Shown here: piece by piece, positions 14,713 to 28,632 of the stretch
Layout of the letters: the number at the start of each line of letters is the position of its first letter
How positions within the stretch are numbered: position 1 is the first letter of the stretch
Source: Octopus vulgaris
Lineage: Eukaryota
Assembly: GCA_951406725.2 (NCBI GenBank)
Contig: OX597815.1
Location: 171,678,001 to 171,742,000 of the forward strand
Direction: 5' to 3'
Length of the DNA: 64,000 nt
The notes under the pieces: generated by a model
Database searches by the model: none
The model's input: the letters and a program-made list of their open reading frames with translations, nothing else
Told to the model about the DNA's origin: nothing
Made by a program: the position numbers and the translations under genes

Positions 14713-15011
14713 CAGGACCGGCGTTAGGAAGCGCGGGACCCAATTAGAGAATTGTCAGTGGGGCCCTCTACCCTACAAAAGCTGAAGATTGATGTTTTAT
14801 GCTTCGTGTAGTACACCAGTCCCAGCCAAAAAGCGTTTAGGGCTTGAGGCTCCAGCATTAAGCCAGTGATACACTAAAAATTCATCATAGCGTCCTCCGC
14901 TCGATAGTGTCGCGGGGCCTTCTCTTGACGCGGGGCCTTCTCTAGGTGCGGAGCTTTCGCTTGGCGCGGGGCCCAATTTGAATAAATCTCATTAGCTTAA
15001 AACTGGCCCTG
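14713..15011. mobile_element. hAT-like MITE with GC-rich subterminal repeats
   Basis: CAGG...CCTG ends, near-TSD tgtgtaaa, and tandem gcggggccttctct repeats. Confidence 0.55.
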
Positions 15012-15273
15012 TGTGTAAATGTTGAAAATCATGAAGTAGAAATATCAACGTCATATTTTGTAAATAAGTTTCAAGCGAAACTGTGGGTCTCCTCCGGAAT
15101 ATATCAGCGGTGCTGGTCTAGACGACCTAAGATCTCCCCAGAAAAAGAAAACTTGTCTGACCTGGGCCAATTATATGAATTCCTTTACCCATTTAGATAC
15201 ATAATGTCTACTATATAACATACATATCGACGAACATACAAATACAAATTAAATACGCATACACACAACACTC

Positions 15274-15326
<53 letters not shown>

Positions 15327-16519
15327 ACACATGCTATGAGAAGGAATGATAATTTCGGATATGACCCAATCCTACTTGTCGTGTTAATAATACCTTTGAT
15401 CAAAGGGGTGGGGGTGAAATGACTGAATAAAAAAAAAAAGTCACTCCTCAGGTGAGCGACACAAGCAAACGCTACCAATTTGATGGCTTCCTGGATGGAG
15501 GGACCCTTTCATTAGTACATGCCTACAGGTATTACTGAACTGTCCGCCATGGCGTCATACCATGGTGAACATTGGACACATTTTGTTGGTGGCTGGAATT
15601 TGTCAAATGGCCTGTCTATGGTAAAAATAATGATATACATACAACAGGCGCTCTCGCTGCCACTGATGGTGATGACAACGAGGATGATGATGATGATGAT
15701 GATTGCTAGCACACCGACACATACACATACATATACACATAAACGTACACACACTAAACCGACACAAAGCCCACACACATTCATTAAACGTACGAGACAC
15801 ACATACTAGATGTCCATACGTACCAACACAGTTATAGACGAATGTTAATAACATTCACACGAAATTAGTTCACAGAAGAAAAAAGTTTCACTTTCTTTTC
15901 TTTCTTATTTGTTTTCTTTTGTCTTTCTTATTCATACATATATACAAATCAATACATACGCACATAGACGTAGTCAAATAAATAAACTAGTTTTTTTTTA
16001 TTTTATTTTCTGCCTCTTTTTTATACACAAATACACACACTCTCGTGCATATATATTTATACACACACAAACACAAAAATAGATCAATTATCTTCCCTGT
16101 TGCTTTAGTCACACACGCGCTCACAAAACACACATTCATACAAACATACGCACATACTCGCGCGCTCACACATATACACGAACACACACACAGATGAACT
16201 CACGCACATATACGCACGCATACAGACACGCCCACGCACTCACATACAAACATACACGCACATATGCACTCAAGCGCGCGCAAACACGTGTGCGCGCTCC
16301 TATATTATTTTTCCCTTCCAATTGTTTTCAGATTTCCAGCAATAAATAAGAAATTTCAGGTTGACAGAAATTTTCAAAAGTATATAAACCGAAATTAATA
16401 AAACGTGGATGCTTTCGTCAAATCAAAGTTAATAATTGTTGTTGCTTAATATCCTGCCAGCCCTTGTAATGATAAAATCCCGGAGTGATGTTTCGGTATT
16501 AGTGCATGACGTCAGTCAT

Positions 16520-16521
<2 letters not shown>

Positions 16522-16576
<55 letters not shown>
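16522..16576. repeat. (GT)n microsatellite
   Basis: Pure dinucleotide tract. Confidence 0.98.
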
Positions 16577-16580
<4 letters not shown>

Positions 16581-18499
16581 CGAGTATGTGTTCGATTGTT
16601 CAATTCTGTCGAGAAGGTGAAAGACAGTGTCACACACTAATTCGTGACGTCATAGACTTTTTCCGAAAATGCCAATACCGGCCGTGACCATCACATATTA
16701 TTTCTCAAACTTGGTGTATATAATACTACATGATCCAATGTGTCCTTTGATTTTTTACGTTGATGGTGTGAGTCTCGAAGGAGATTAAGCTGCTGTTTCT
16801 AGCAGGTCTGTCGAATACATATAAGCTTCTTCGTCAGTTCGAATCGAAATTATTAAATTAGAGCTGTGTTGTTTTTTTTACATCAATTCGAATTTGAAAA
16901 CTTAGGTTTTATATTAATTGTTCCCCTCCTTCCTCTCTTTCTCTCTTATACATATATACAAACACACACACACACATACTCATTTAGCTCAGTTTTAGTG
17001 TTTAGTTCAATGAATGACAATAAAATTATACTGGACTACACCCAGGTACAAAGACAGTTTTAGCGCCTCCACCTTAATTCATATGCATAATAAACAAGAG
17101 GGGAATTTTGCAGCCTTTCACAACAACCCCGGGAGCGACTGTCCCTGTTGACCCACTTCATACTCTTTTAATACTGTAACAACTTTGCCCCTTATTCTGA
17201 TCACTGTAACCTTTATCCGTTTGTTTTATAATTCTTTGATCATGTGCTCCGTTTTAATTATGATCCCTCAGTGACATTGACAAGATACAATCAACAACTA
17301 AATAGTTGTTGATATTGGGTAATTTATAACCATCAGCACCGGTCGACCAGACTTATTAACAAACAATAGTCCCCAGATTCCACATGCTGGCTATGATTCA
17401 CCGCTTGAGCATTTGACCTAATATATGAAGAACTGTCGTTGGTTAAAGTCCGTAAGGTGCTAGTGTACTAGTCAAAAGATTAGTTTGTTCCTATCACGTC
17501 ATATTTGCTAAGTTGTCTCCCTTAATTTTTAACAAAAAACTGGGGGAGAAATGAATACATGACAAATATTTTGTTAGCTCGCAATCACAGGCTCAAATCC
17601 TATGAGCTTAAACCGAAAGGAACCGGTTTTCCTTCCCTACAACCCTTGCAGGTCATTCAGTATATTTATTCCCACCCCTGCTTCATACACCATCTCCAAC
17701 CATCCATTACTTTTTTTCCATTCACTTTTGCAACTTCTGCTCACCCATTGTTCTTGTTCTTCTCTCCCAATGGGCCAACCCCGATCCCTCGTCAGCACCA
17801 AACTCATCACCAACCTGATTACTCCCACTCACACTGGTATTGTGTGAGTGTTTATGCATCTCCTCTACAGCAAGAAATATGTTCCAACCCTTTTCTTTTT
17901 CATACCTTAACCCAGTAGTTCCCAACCTGTGGTCCACGAAACCCACGGTCCGCAAAGGTAGTACTGGGGGTCCGTCAGCATGTTAAGCTGACAGACCTTT
18001 CAATAGCCTGGGGTTTTTTGGAAAACTCATTTAAATAGAGCCTTAACCTCTCACTAAACAGTATAAAGCTGCCTCCCTGTTTACTGTGACTCCACTTAAT
18101 TTTGCAAGCTACATGGCAACCTCATTAGTGCAGGTGCCATGAAAAAAAGGCTACCAGAACACTCTATAAAGTGGTTGGTGTTAGGAAGGGCATCGAGCCA
18201 GAGAAAACCATACCAAAGTAGACATTGGTACATGACACAATCTCCTGATCTGTCAGTCCTTGTAAAACTCTTCAACCCATGCCAGCATGAAAGATGGACG
18301 TTAAATAATGAAGATGGTGTAATAATGTTGCCTGTTGACAAAATATTCAGAAGTTTTCCAATAACCTAATGTGTTATAGAACATCTTTACAATGGTGAAC
18401 TCCCATGTCAATTTCAGTTTATGAAACTCTGGTTGTTCAATCAACTGGACAAACTACTGGTTGAATTATCATGCAAAATGCTTGAGCATTCCACAGACA

Positions 18500-19130
18500 T
18501 GCCTACCTACCCTATTGCATTATTATCTGCAGAACACCATCAACCACTTGTCTCCAGAATTTCTTCTCCTGCACTGTTCTTGGTAGATCACTCTTCAGCA
18601 GACTGGAGTCTTCAACCAATTGGTCAATGAATATCCTTGCAGGATTACCCCTAGGTTTCTTTCTGTGTGTTGATTTCCACATTAACATTTGTCTCACTAC
18701 TTTATCCTTGCTATGAAATCAGTGTCCATGGGACGTCAGTCTTCTTTCCTTTATGGTGAAGGTAATTCTTGAAAGATAATCATAAATAGCTTGATTGGTC
18801 ATATGGGATTGCCAGTTAATGTTAAGTGCTGCTCTCAGAAATCTATGTTTCATCTAGTTTTCCTTCCAGTGCCTAGAGTCCATGTGGTGCAGCCACATAG
18901 GAGCAAAGTTTCTATTGTCATTTAGAAAGAAGCTAACCTTAAATTTTCTGTTTAGATTTCATTTCCAAATGGTATTCATCTTCAACAGAGCTGACCATGC
19001 TTTAGCAATGTGGGTTTTAATGTCCTTCTCACCTGTATCAACCCATGAGCTCAAATATCAGCAATCATCTGCTTTTTCCAATTCATATCCATTCATTGTT
19101 AAAAGGTAGCTATTTTCTTGGTTGTAAGCC
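18500..19130 (-). mobile_element. Degenerate RTE-clade LINE 3' coding fragment
   Basis: EKDIKTHIAKAWSALLKMNTIWK...RALNINWQSH...ERRL..HGH...RGNPARIFIDQL..D...W, a typical RTE C-terminus. Confidence 0.7.
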
Positions 19131-19604
19131 GTGTACTTCATCATCATCGTTTAACGTCCGCTTTCCATGCTAGCATGGGTTGGACGGTTCAACTGGGGTC
19201 TGGGAAGCCAAAAGGCTGCACCAGGCCCAGTTTGATCTGGTAGTGTTTCTACAGCTGGATGCCCTTCTTAATGCCAACCACTCCAAGAGTGTAGTGGGTG
19301 CTTTTTATGTGCCACTGGCACAGGTGCCAGACGAGGCTGGCAATGGCCACAATCGGATGGTGCTTTTTATGTGCCACCGGCACGGAGGCCAGTTGGCCAT
19401 GATCGGATGGTTCTCTTACGTGCCACCAGCACTGGTATCACATTTACGATTTCCATTGATTTTGATCGATTTCGATTCATTTTGTCTTAATGTGTATGTA
19501 AGCCAATCTGTGACTGAGGAATCGCAAGGAGACAGCAATCACCTATGAAGTTGAAACAATCACCATGTATATACATGCATATGTATATGCGTGTGTGTGT
19601 GAGT

Positions 19605-19638
<34 letters not shown>

Positions 19639-20929
19639 GAGTGTGTGCATGTAGATATATGTATGTATGTATGTATGTATGTTTGTATGTATGTATGTTT
19701 GTATGTATGTATGTATGTAGGTGGGGTGAATTTGTATAGTCTTTAGAACATCAGATGAAATGACAATTCCAGCTCCTTTTAGTGTGAATTTAAATCTTGC
19801 TAAAATTTAATTTTGCCTTTCATCCTTCCCAAATCAATAAATAAAATACTAGTCTAGAGCAGTGGCCTCACTGTATTTGTTCCAGGCTTTGCATTCTGAA
19901 TTCAAATTCCACTGTGGCCTATTTAGGATTTAACACCACCACATCATCTTTCGTCGCTATAGCAGAGTCCACTCTGTTGCATGCATTTTGGTTAAATCTT
20001 TAGTATGGAGAGAGATACCATTCTTCCATCTCTCTCTCAGAAATCTTGTAAAGGGTCATGAGAGAAGGCCTGTAAAGGGTCGTAGCTACTAATCTTTCCT
20101 CTTATCTAAGGGATAAAATACATACATGGGTTGGGAATACAGCATTTGCTTCATAAATATGCGGTGTTTGGGTTCAGTCTTACTGCATGGTACTGAATGC
20201 AAGTATTTTCTATTAAGTTAACCAATGCACTATGAGGGAAGTTTGTAGAGAAACTATTTAGAAACTTGTAATGTATGTGCATGTGTGTGTGCGTGCATGT
20301 GTGTGTGCGTGCATGTGTGTGTGTGTGCACGTGCATGTATATCTTCATACATGTGTGTGTGCATGTGTTTGCATGTGTGTGTGTTTGTATGTATGTGCAT
20401 GCACCTGTTTGTGTGTATTGTGTATGCACGAACGTTTATATTCCATGTCATAGCATAAAACTCTTTGTTTGGTGATGCTATTTTTACATTCCAAGTAAGC
20501 AATATAACTTGTAGCTCTGTACTTTCAAAGACCAGTAGAATAAATTTTAAAAATCCTTCATTGAAAAACTGGTGAGGATCAACAACAACAAAAGCATCCA
20601 GCTATAAAATATAGTGTCAATGATAATCCCTCATCCAACCCATGTGTGTGTGTGTTTCTGTGTGCATGCATGTGTATGTGTGCATGCTCATGCATGATCA
20701 TTTTAATGTCCAGCTTTCTATGCTTGCATAGGTTGGGAGGAAATTTGAGACAGATTTTCAATGGCCGGATGCCCTTCCTGTTCCCAACCCTCACTTGTTT
20801 TCAACTTGTTGGCCAACATGTTTATACAGAATAGTAGAAATGAATATTAATGATTGCATGACAACAAGACAACTATCATACAATGTCAAGACAAGAAGAT
20901 ACAAACGTACACACAGTTGAACACACATA

Positions 20930-21124
20930 CAAGGAGGTGTTGAAAAGTTCCTGGCTCTAAGGGTGTCACAAAAAGCCTAGTTCTTTTACAGGGCTTAGAA
21001 AAACTGAAGGACCATTACAGTAAGTGTGTGAATCTGAGAAGAGAATTTGTTGAATAAAATCATAATTAACTGATCCTCTTGTGTTTTCATTTACCCAAAG
21101 CTAGGAACTTTTCAACACCCCCTT
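20930..21124. mobile_element. Mariner-derived MITE
   Basis: TIRs ggtgttgaaaagttcctggct / agctaggaacttttcaacacc; partial sibling at about 29645-29778. Confidence 0.75.
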
Positions 21125-21289
21125 TTCAGCATGCCTGTGTGTGTGCATGTGTGAGCATGTTGAGCTTCTCTCGGTTTCCATCTTCCACTTGCAAGGTGTT
21201 GGTCAACTCAGGGTGATAGCAGAAGACACTTGCCCAAGTAGCCCCACTGTGGGACTGAATATGATACTGTTTGGGAACCAAACTTCTCA

Positions 21290-21690
21290 GGTGCAGGAGT
21301 GGTTGTGTGGTAAGTAGTTTGCTTATGAACCACATGGTTCTGGGTTCAGGCCCACTGCATGGCCACCTTGAGCAAGTGTCTACTATAGCCTTGAGCCAAC
21401 CAAAACCTTGTGAGTGGATTTGGTAGACAGAAACTGAAAGAAGCCCATCGTATATATGTAAATATATGTGTGTGTGTGTGTGTATATGTTTGTGTGTCTA
21501 TGTTTGTTCCCCAGCATCGGTTGTCAAGCGATGTGTGTTTACGTCCCCGTAACTTAGCGGTTCGGGAAAAGAAACTGACAGAATAAGTACTAGGCTTACA
21601 ATGAATAAGTCCTGAAGTTGGTTTGCACAACTAAAGGCGGTGCTCCAGCATGACCACAGTCAAATGACTGAAACAAGTAAAAGAGTAAAG
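21290..21690 (+). mobile_element. SINE family A (tRNA head, CORE-like gcaccttgggcaagtg, internal (TG)n, aaaagagt tail)
   Basis: Same module recurs at 42122, 43720, 44625, 52364 and 56714, among others. Confidence 0.85.
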
Positions 21691-22060
21691 AGAAAGAGAA
21701 AAAGCACACAACCATACCCATGCCTAGACCGAGGAAAACATGTGAAGCATGATATCCAAATGTTGGGCCTCATGGAGGTGATGACAAGTGACTGAGACCT
21801 TTGGCAATATGCTATACTTGAGAAGACACGTCAGTTCAAGTGAAATCATAGTCATGACCAATACCAGTGTCATCTAACTGGCACCTGTGTTGGTGGCATG
21901 TAAAATGCACCCATTACACTCTTGGAGTGGTTGACGTTAGCAAGAGCATCCAGCTGTAGAAACCATGCCAAATCAGACTCGAACTTGGTACAGCTCTCCA
22001 GCTTACCAGTTCTAGTCAAACTATCCAGTCCATGCCAGCATGGAAAGTGGACGTTAACTG

Positions 22061-22245
22061 ATGATGATGATGATGATGATATGTATGTATGTATGTATGT
22101 ATGTATGTGTATGTATGTGTGTATGTATGTGTGTATGTGTGTGTGTCTGGGTATGTATGTATGTATGTATGTATGTATGTATGTATGTGTGTGTATGTAT
22201 GTGTGTATGTATGTGTGTGTGTGTCTGGGTATGTATGTATGTATG
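22061..22245. repeat. Compound (GAT)n/(TATG)n/(TG)n microsatellite
   Basis: Seen directly. Confidence 0.95.
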
Positions 22246-23735
22246 CATAAGTCAGTTGCAGGATGCATTAGAATGTAGGTATATCAACATGAAGGGCACC
22301 AGGATTGGCTGGGTTAGGGTTTTGGTTAGGGTTAACCTACCACACATTAGAGCAACTCATAGTTATTGTTTGTTAGTGGTACACTGTATGTATACACACG
22401 CACATACATCTATCTATATATAAAAATATACACATAGACAAATACATATATACATAAGTACCCAATCCAATATAAACTGTTGATCCAACCCGTATATGGT
22501 CCCAAATGTAGCATATATATATAAAAAGGGCACATAAGTGGGGTTCAAAATTCACAAAAACTTATTTCATCAACATTTTATAGATGCATTCTTTGATTAC
22601 ACCGTTGTCAGGTAAATTTTAAATATATAAACAGATAAGGTAGAAATAGAAGGTGACCAGTTCACCAATAACAATGACGAGAAAAGAGAAATTTTGAGAA
22701 GGTACAATAGAATTTATAAAGGAAGTGGTTCAGATACATGGAGAGCAACATATTCAAGGAAATTGTACAGATAAGATACCAGACTAAAGAGTTAAGGAGG
22801 TACGGACTGTCACCATAAATCTGACCCTAGAATACACACCTACTCTTAGGCTTATACATTAAATTATAATGTTTATGTGTGTGTGTGTGTGTGCGTGTGT
22901 GTGTGTGTGTGTGTATCTATATATTAGTATGCACTGTACATACATCTACACATCATCCGTCCAGTTTATCTATGTACATATACGAGGACCTCAGTATACT
23001 CTCACATATGCATATATAATCTAATATATACACATGCACTCATGCAACATATATACATGTTGGTGCATACAGATATATAGACATCCTAATTAAGCTGATA
23101 TATGTGCAAAGCACACAACAGGCATATACACACACACATGTACATGCTTACATGTATATTCACATGTGCACACATACATACATAAATATATATATATATA
23201 TATATATCTTTTAGCTTTTACTTGTTTCAGTCATTAGACTATGGCCAGACTGGGGCACCACCTTGAATTATTTTAGAAGAACTAGTCAATCCCAGTTCTT
23301 ATTTTCTTTTGAAGCCTGTCTTATCAGTTCAACCTGCTTGAATATGTGTTTTCTTTTATTTCCTATTTTATATAACCATGCATGATCCTTGATCACTGGC
23401 CAGAGTTATAAATTAATTAAGATAGCAACTTGTAAAATTGGGTAGTTTTGAACTGGTTGCCCTCCATGTATCTGACCCATTTTCTCTATAAATTCTATTG
23501 TACCTTCTTAGAAACTTCACTTGTTGTACCATTGTTGTTGGTGAACTAGTCATCTTCTATTTCTGCCTTACCAGTTAATATGTTAACAATTTACTTAACA
23601 ATGGTGAGTCTTTGCCATGATGTAATCTAAGAATACATCAATAGAATGCTGCCGAAATAGTTGTTGTGAATTATGAACCCCATTTCTGTTTTTCTCACAT
23701 GCAACACACACACAAATATGTATATATATATATAT

Positions 23736-24288
23736 ATAGTTCATCCAAACATGAAAACACAAAGAGAAAGCACAACAACGCGAGGACATGGAACAAGTAT
23801 AGTGTTATTGGAAAGAAGGAGAGTTTAACGTTTCGAGCGGAGCTCTTTGTCAGAAACATAGAAAAAGGAAAGGTCCAAGGAAGGGAAGAAGGAGAAAGAA
23901 AATCGCCAACAATACACATGCGGTCACATATTGAAATGACCAGAAGGGAATGGGTGACAGGCATGGTGAGAGGGTGTGAATGTTGGTGTATGTGTAAATG
24001 GTGGTGACAAAAAGAGAAAAGTGAAAGTAGAAGAAAGAAGAAAGGTAAAAAGAGGACGAGAAAAAATGGATAAGTCACAGATAAATTTTTGATGAGTTCC
24101 AATCACGATTAGAGTGGCATACTCCGTATACTCCGGATGAATGGTAACAGTAATCTGCAGGTGTAAAAATTCCAGGAATTGGTTATCCAAGTCAGTCAGA
24201 AGGCTGAAGGTCCGTGTGAGCATGCGGTATATATAGTTAATCCAAACATGAACAAAGAGAAAATACAGCAACGCGAGGACATGGAGCA
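23736..24288 (-). mobile_element. Penelope-like pseudo-LTR fragment with partial tandem duplication
   Basis: Direct repeat tagtt(c/a)atccaaacatgaa...caacgcgaggacatgga at about 23737 and 24233; contains the hammerhead motif. Confidence 0.5.
23823..23857 (-). ncRNA. Degenerate minimal hammerhead motif in a Penelope-like terminal repeat
   Basis: Minus strand reads GUUU-CUGACAA-A-GAGC-UCC-GCUC-GAAACGUU-AAAC. Helices I and II are intact, helix III is the palindrome ACGU, and G8 is changed to A. Confidence 0.6.
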
Positions 24289-24472
24289 TATTTATATATA
24301 TGTGGCAGTGTGGTAAGAAGCTTGCTTCTCAACAACATGCTTCCAGGTTCAGTCCTATTGCATGACACCTTGGGCAAGTGCTGTCTTCTGCCATAGCCTC
24401 AGGCCAGCCAAAGCCTTGTGAGTGGATTTGGTAGAGGGAAACTGAAAGCCCGTCGTATACATATACAAATAC

Positions 24473-24550
<78 letters not shown>

Positions 24551-24614
24551 AACCACACGTGGATGATAGTTTTCATGTCTGAGTCATGGTGTACTCAGTC
24601 CAGTATATCATCTT

Positions 24615-24935
24615 GAGTGGTTTCCATGTGGAGTTGCTTTTACAGCTCCACCAGCACCTTGGGGACAAATTTTGCTGACACATTCCATATGCACAAAACC
24701 TCCATTAAAATTGGATGCACTAGTCTCATGCTATTTCCCACTTCATGAACAATTTTCTAGATAGTTACACAATGGTTTTCCATGACAAGTCACCAAACCA
24801 TCTCAATCGGCTCCTCATTTCAGTTTGTGGATGACCTACCTGAGCGTGCCTCACTCTCCATTGAGGTGCAGCTATGTTTAAAGAGGTTATACTACTCCTT
24901 GATCTGAGGTTTACCCATAGCATCATCAACAAAGA
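24615..24935 (-). mobile_element. Mariner transposase fragment
   Basis: Frameshifted N-terminal pieces similar to the 60-61 kb element. Confidence 0.5.
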
Positions 24936-25280
24936 CCTGTTGAATCTTCCAGATGGTTTGAGCTTGAGTACCACCAATCTTTTGGTAATGGGTCTCAGTA
25001 CTGCATTGTGCTCCGATATCTGTTTTGGCTTGGTTTCTAAGGGTGGATATCCTTCCTAACACCAACCACATTACTGAATGTACAGGGTGCTTTTTTCATG
25101 GCAGCAGCACTGGTGAGGTTACTATGCAGTTTGCAAGGTTAAGATCATCTTTGATTGAGTGAAGTTAAAGTAGAGCAAAATGGTTTTATGTTTGGAGTTG
25201 AGAGGTCAAAGTATGAAAGAAGGGGTCAGAACAGAATGGGTTTCTTGATGTAAAGAAGCTACATTGCTACTCACATTATA

Positions 25281-25847
25281 TTGGGCTGTCCAGAAAGTTC
25301 ATGCCGATTTATAGTAGCTTACCTTTCAACTTATTTTAGAACATGGTTGAGTTCATAAAATAGGATTTGACTACACCTCCATTTAGAACACAGTTTAAGA
25401 TTTTTTTCGTGGAAGAAGGTTTATCTTCCTATAACCTTTGTTAATTCTGTAACCCTTTAAAATGGAAGATAAGAAAGTTTATTTTTGGCACTTGATGCTT
25501 TGGGAACTAGACAAAAATTGCTGCAGCTCGGCTGGGATGTGTTACCCCACCCTCCATATTGACCAGATATTGCTCCTTCGGATTTCCACTTATTCCGGTC
25601 TCTGCAGAATAGTCTTAATGGTAAAAATTTCAGTTCCTTGGATGACATAAAAAGATACCTTGATGAATTCTTTGACATGAAACCACCTCAATTATGGGAA
25701 GAGGGTATTTTCAGGTTAAAGTAAAGATGGAGATGCATTGTGCAACAAAACGGTTCATATTTGGTTGACTAAAAATGTAATGGCAAGTATTTATTGGCGG
25801 TTTTTTTTTTCCTTTCATAATCGGCACAAACTTTCCAGACAACTCAA
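25281..25847 (+). mobile_element. Internally deleted mariner element
   Basis: TIRs ttgggctgtccagaaagttcatgccgatt / aatcggcacaaactttccagacaactcaa, flanked by TA. Encodes HPPY*PDIAPSDFHLFRSLQNSL (YSPDLAP-D motif). Confidence 0.9.
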
Positions 25848-27349
25848 TAAAATCGATAAGTTCCTGGAAGTGAAAATTATTACTGGTATAACAGAAAAAG
25901 ATGATGAAATATACAGTTCTGCTCTCATTTAATTACAGCAGAAGAATACTGCTGTTAAGAAGGTAATGGAGGGATCAGTGATTGAGAGATGATGGGTGGT
26001 AGGAAAAGCTTGATTAGGAAATTGGGCAAGGAGCTATACTTTCAGGATCTCAGTTTTGCCAAGATGAGCAGGTCTTCTTGTACATCACGTATCTCCATTC
26101 ACTGTAGCCTTTTATCAACTCTTCCATAAAGTTCAAAGTCCTGAGATCAGCCTTCATATTTCATCTCAGGTCTTACACATCCACAAGCTCCCATTCACAT
26201 TGTGATTGGCACTTTTTCATATAGCTGTCCTCATCCATACATATTACCTGTCTATACCAGCAGTCTTCTTTTTTGCACACTGCAGCTGATTCCTTTTATG
26301 CCCAGTTTTTCTTTTAATATATCTATACTTCATCATTTATACACACTTATGTTGAATATTCCATGAAGCAACTTTCACTTTTAAAATTTATGCAAAGCTG
26401 TTAATTGGAAGTTATGGATTTTAACCAGTATTTCAAAGGATTTTTACATTACTCTTGTGTGAAATATATAAAATACGTATTTATAAATAAACGTCAAAAT
26501 TTAACAGAAGAAAATTTTGTTTTTCAAAAGCCCAAAGGAGAGTAAAAATGATTACAATTAATACTAGTATTTGTGTGTCATTTATTTTATCAATCCTAAA
26601 GGAAGAAACTCTTAAGTTCACCCCGTAAACTTGTTTGCACTCGGAACATAAAGGGACATGACTAAAAGCTTCCAAGGCATATAACTCATCACTCCATAAG
26701 TCTAGAATGAATGTGTGTGTGTGTGTGTATATTAAAAATCAAGAAAATAGAAAGTCTAAAGCTTTTTAATATTAAAAAGAAAGCAAAGTAAATTTTATTT
26801 CACTTGTGTAATATTGCAATTGGTTAGTCACAATCTATTTAGTTGCAATAAGAAAACAAACCAAAAAAAAAAGACACTTTAAAATAATTTTTGAAGAGCA
26901 GTAAATGATAAATTTGAATAATCATTTTAGTAAGATCAGAATATCTGGACCTAGATTAACTTCCAAAAATACAGTCTATAATTGATGTTTTCAAAAGATG
27001 CAAGAACACATGATACAAATTATAATGGATTAACTTCAATTAAATCAGAGCAAATCATTAATCTTTTTCTGTCTTTTTATCCACAGAAAAATACAAGACA
27101 CTGCATCTTCCAGGGTACATTATTCTTTTATCATTATCTGCAGCACCTATGTTCTTTTATTATTAATCCTTTTCTTGCTGGAGCATCTCCTTGAAGGGTT
27201 CAACCAAGCAAATCAACCCTAGTGCTTATTTTTTTTTTTTTTGAAGCCTGGTATTTATTTTAGCAGTCTCTTTTGCCAAACTGTTAAGTTACAGGGACAA
27301 AGCAAACTAAAACCAATTGTCAAGGTTGTCCTGTTAACATACATTATTC

Positions 27350-27823
27350 AGATGTGCTGTGCAAGAGAGGAGACTGTGCTGGTTTGGTCATATGATCCAG
27401 ATGGATGAGGACAGTTGCATAAAGAGCTGATCACTTGAAGTGGAGGGAAGTTGTGGAAGAGCGAGACCCTGGAAGATGTGGGATGAAGTATTGAAGGTCG
27501 ATCTCAAAACACTGAAATTTACAAAGAAGATGACAGAAGACCAAGATATGTGATGTATTACTGTACTTGAGAAGACCCATCAACCACAACAGAACTGAGA
27601 TTCGAAAACTAAAGTGCCACATAAAAAAGTATTGGTGTATGTGATGGTGCTACATAAAAAGCACCCAGTACACTCTGTGGAGTGGTTAGCATTAGGAAGA
27701 CCATCCAACTGTAGGAACCAAGCCAAAACAGACTATAAAACCTGATGCAACCCTTGGCCAACAAGTTCCTTTCAAGCCGTCCAACCCATGCTAGTATGGG
27801 AAGTAGGTGTTAAATATTGATGA
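27350..27823 (+). mobile_element. RTE LINE 3' end (ORF C-terminus plus 3' UTR)
   Basis: VQERRLCWFGHMIQMDEDS...VEGSCGRARPWKMWDEVLKVDL runs directly into the gtggtt...ttaggaag...aacccatgctag...gatgat tail module. Confidence 0.8.
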
Positions 27824-27884
27824 TTCAAAAGATATCATCAAATGTCTAACAAAAGATCTCTTTAAATAAATGTTTAAATAATGG

Positions 27885-28632
27885 TTTCAAATTTTGGCAC
27901 AGAGCCAGCAGGTTCTGAAGGGATGGGGTAAGCTGGTTACATTGACCCCAGTACTTGACTAATGATTTATTTCATAAACCGTGAAAGGATAAAAAGCAAA
28001 GTCGACTTTGGCAGAATTTTAGCTCAGAATATAAAGACAGACAAAATACCACAAAGCATTTTGTCCACCATGCTAACAGTTCTACTAGCTTGCTGCCTTA
28101 ATAAATGTCTAAATAATTCTCTCTGCTAAAGGCACAAGGCTTAAAATTTGGTGAGAGGGACTAGTCAATTACATCGACCCCCAGTGATTCACTCGTACTT
28201 AAGATAGACGAAATACCTATTTCTTTACTACCCACAAGGGGCTAAACACAGAGGGGACAAACAAGGACAGACAAACGGATTAAGTCGATTACATTTACCC
28301 CAGTACGTAACTGATACTTAATTTATCGACCCTGAAAGGATGAAAGGCAAAGTCGACCTCGGCGGAATTTGAACTCAGAACGTATCGGCAGACGAAATAC
28401 CTATTTCTTTATTACCCACAAGGGGCTAAACATAGAGGGGACAAACAAAGGACAGACATAGGTATTAAGTCGATTACATCGACCCCGGTACGTAACTGGT
28501 ACTTAATTTATCGACCCCGAAAGGATGAAAGGCAAAGTCGACCTCGGCGGAATTTGAACTCACAACGTAACGCAGACGAAATACCGCTAAGCATTTCGCC
28601 CGGCGTGCTAACGTTTCTGCCAGCTCCACCTT
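27885..28632 (-). mobile_element. Family B SINE cluster with internal tandem multimer
   Basis: Repeated unit gacgaaatacctatttctttactacccacaaggggctaaac...ggcggaatttgaactc at about 28207, 28390 and 28576, plus an older copy at 27885-28100. Confidence 0.85.

Noticed and set aside
15512-15809. Overlapping ORFs with Cys/Met/His runs, and a possible exon DRPFDKFQPPTKCVQCSPW
   Set aside because: Largely (GAT)n/(CA)n derived; no recognisable domain and no partner exons.
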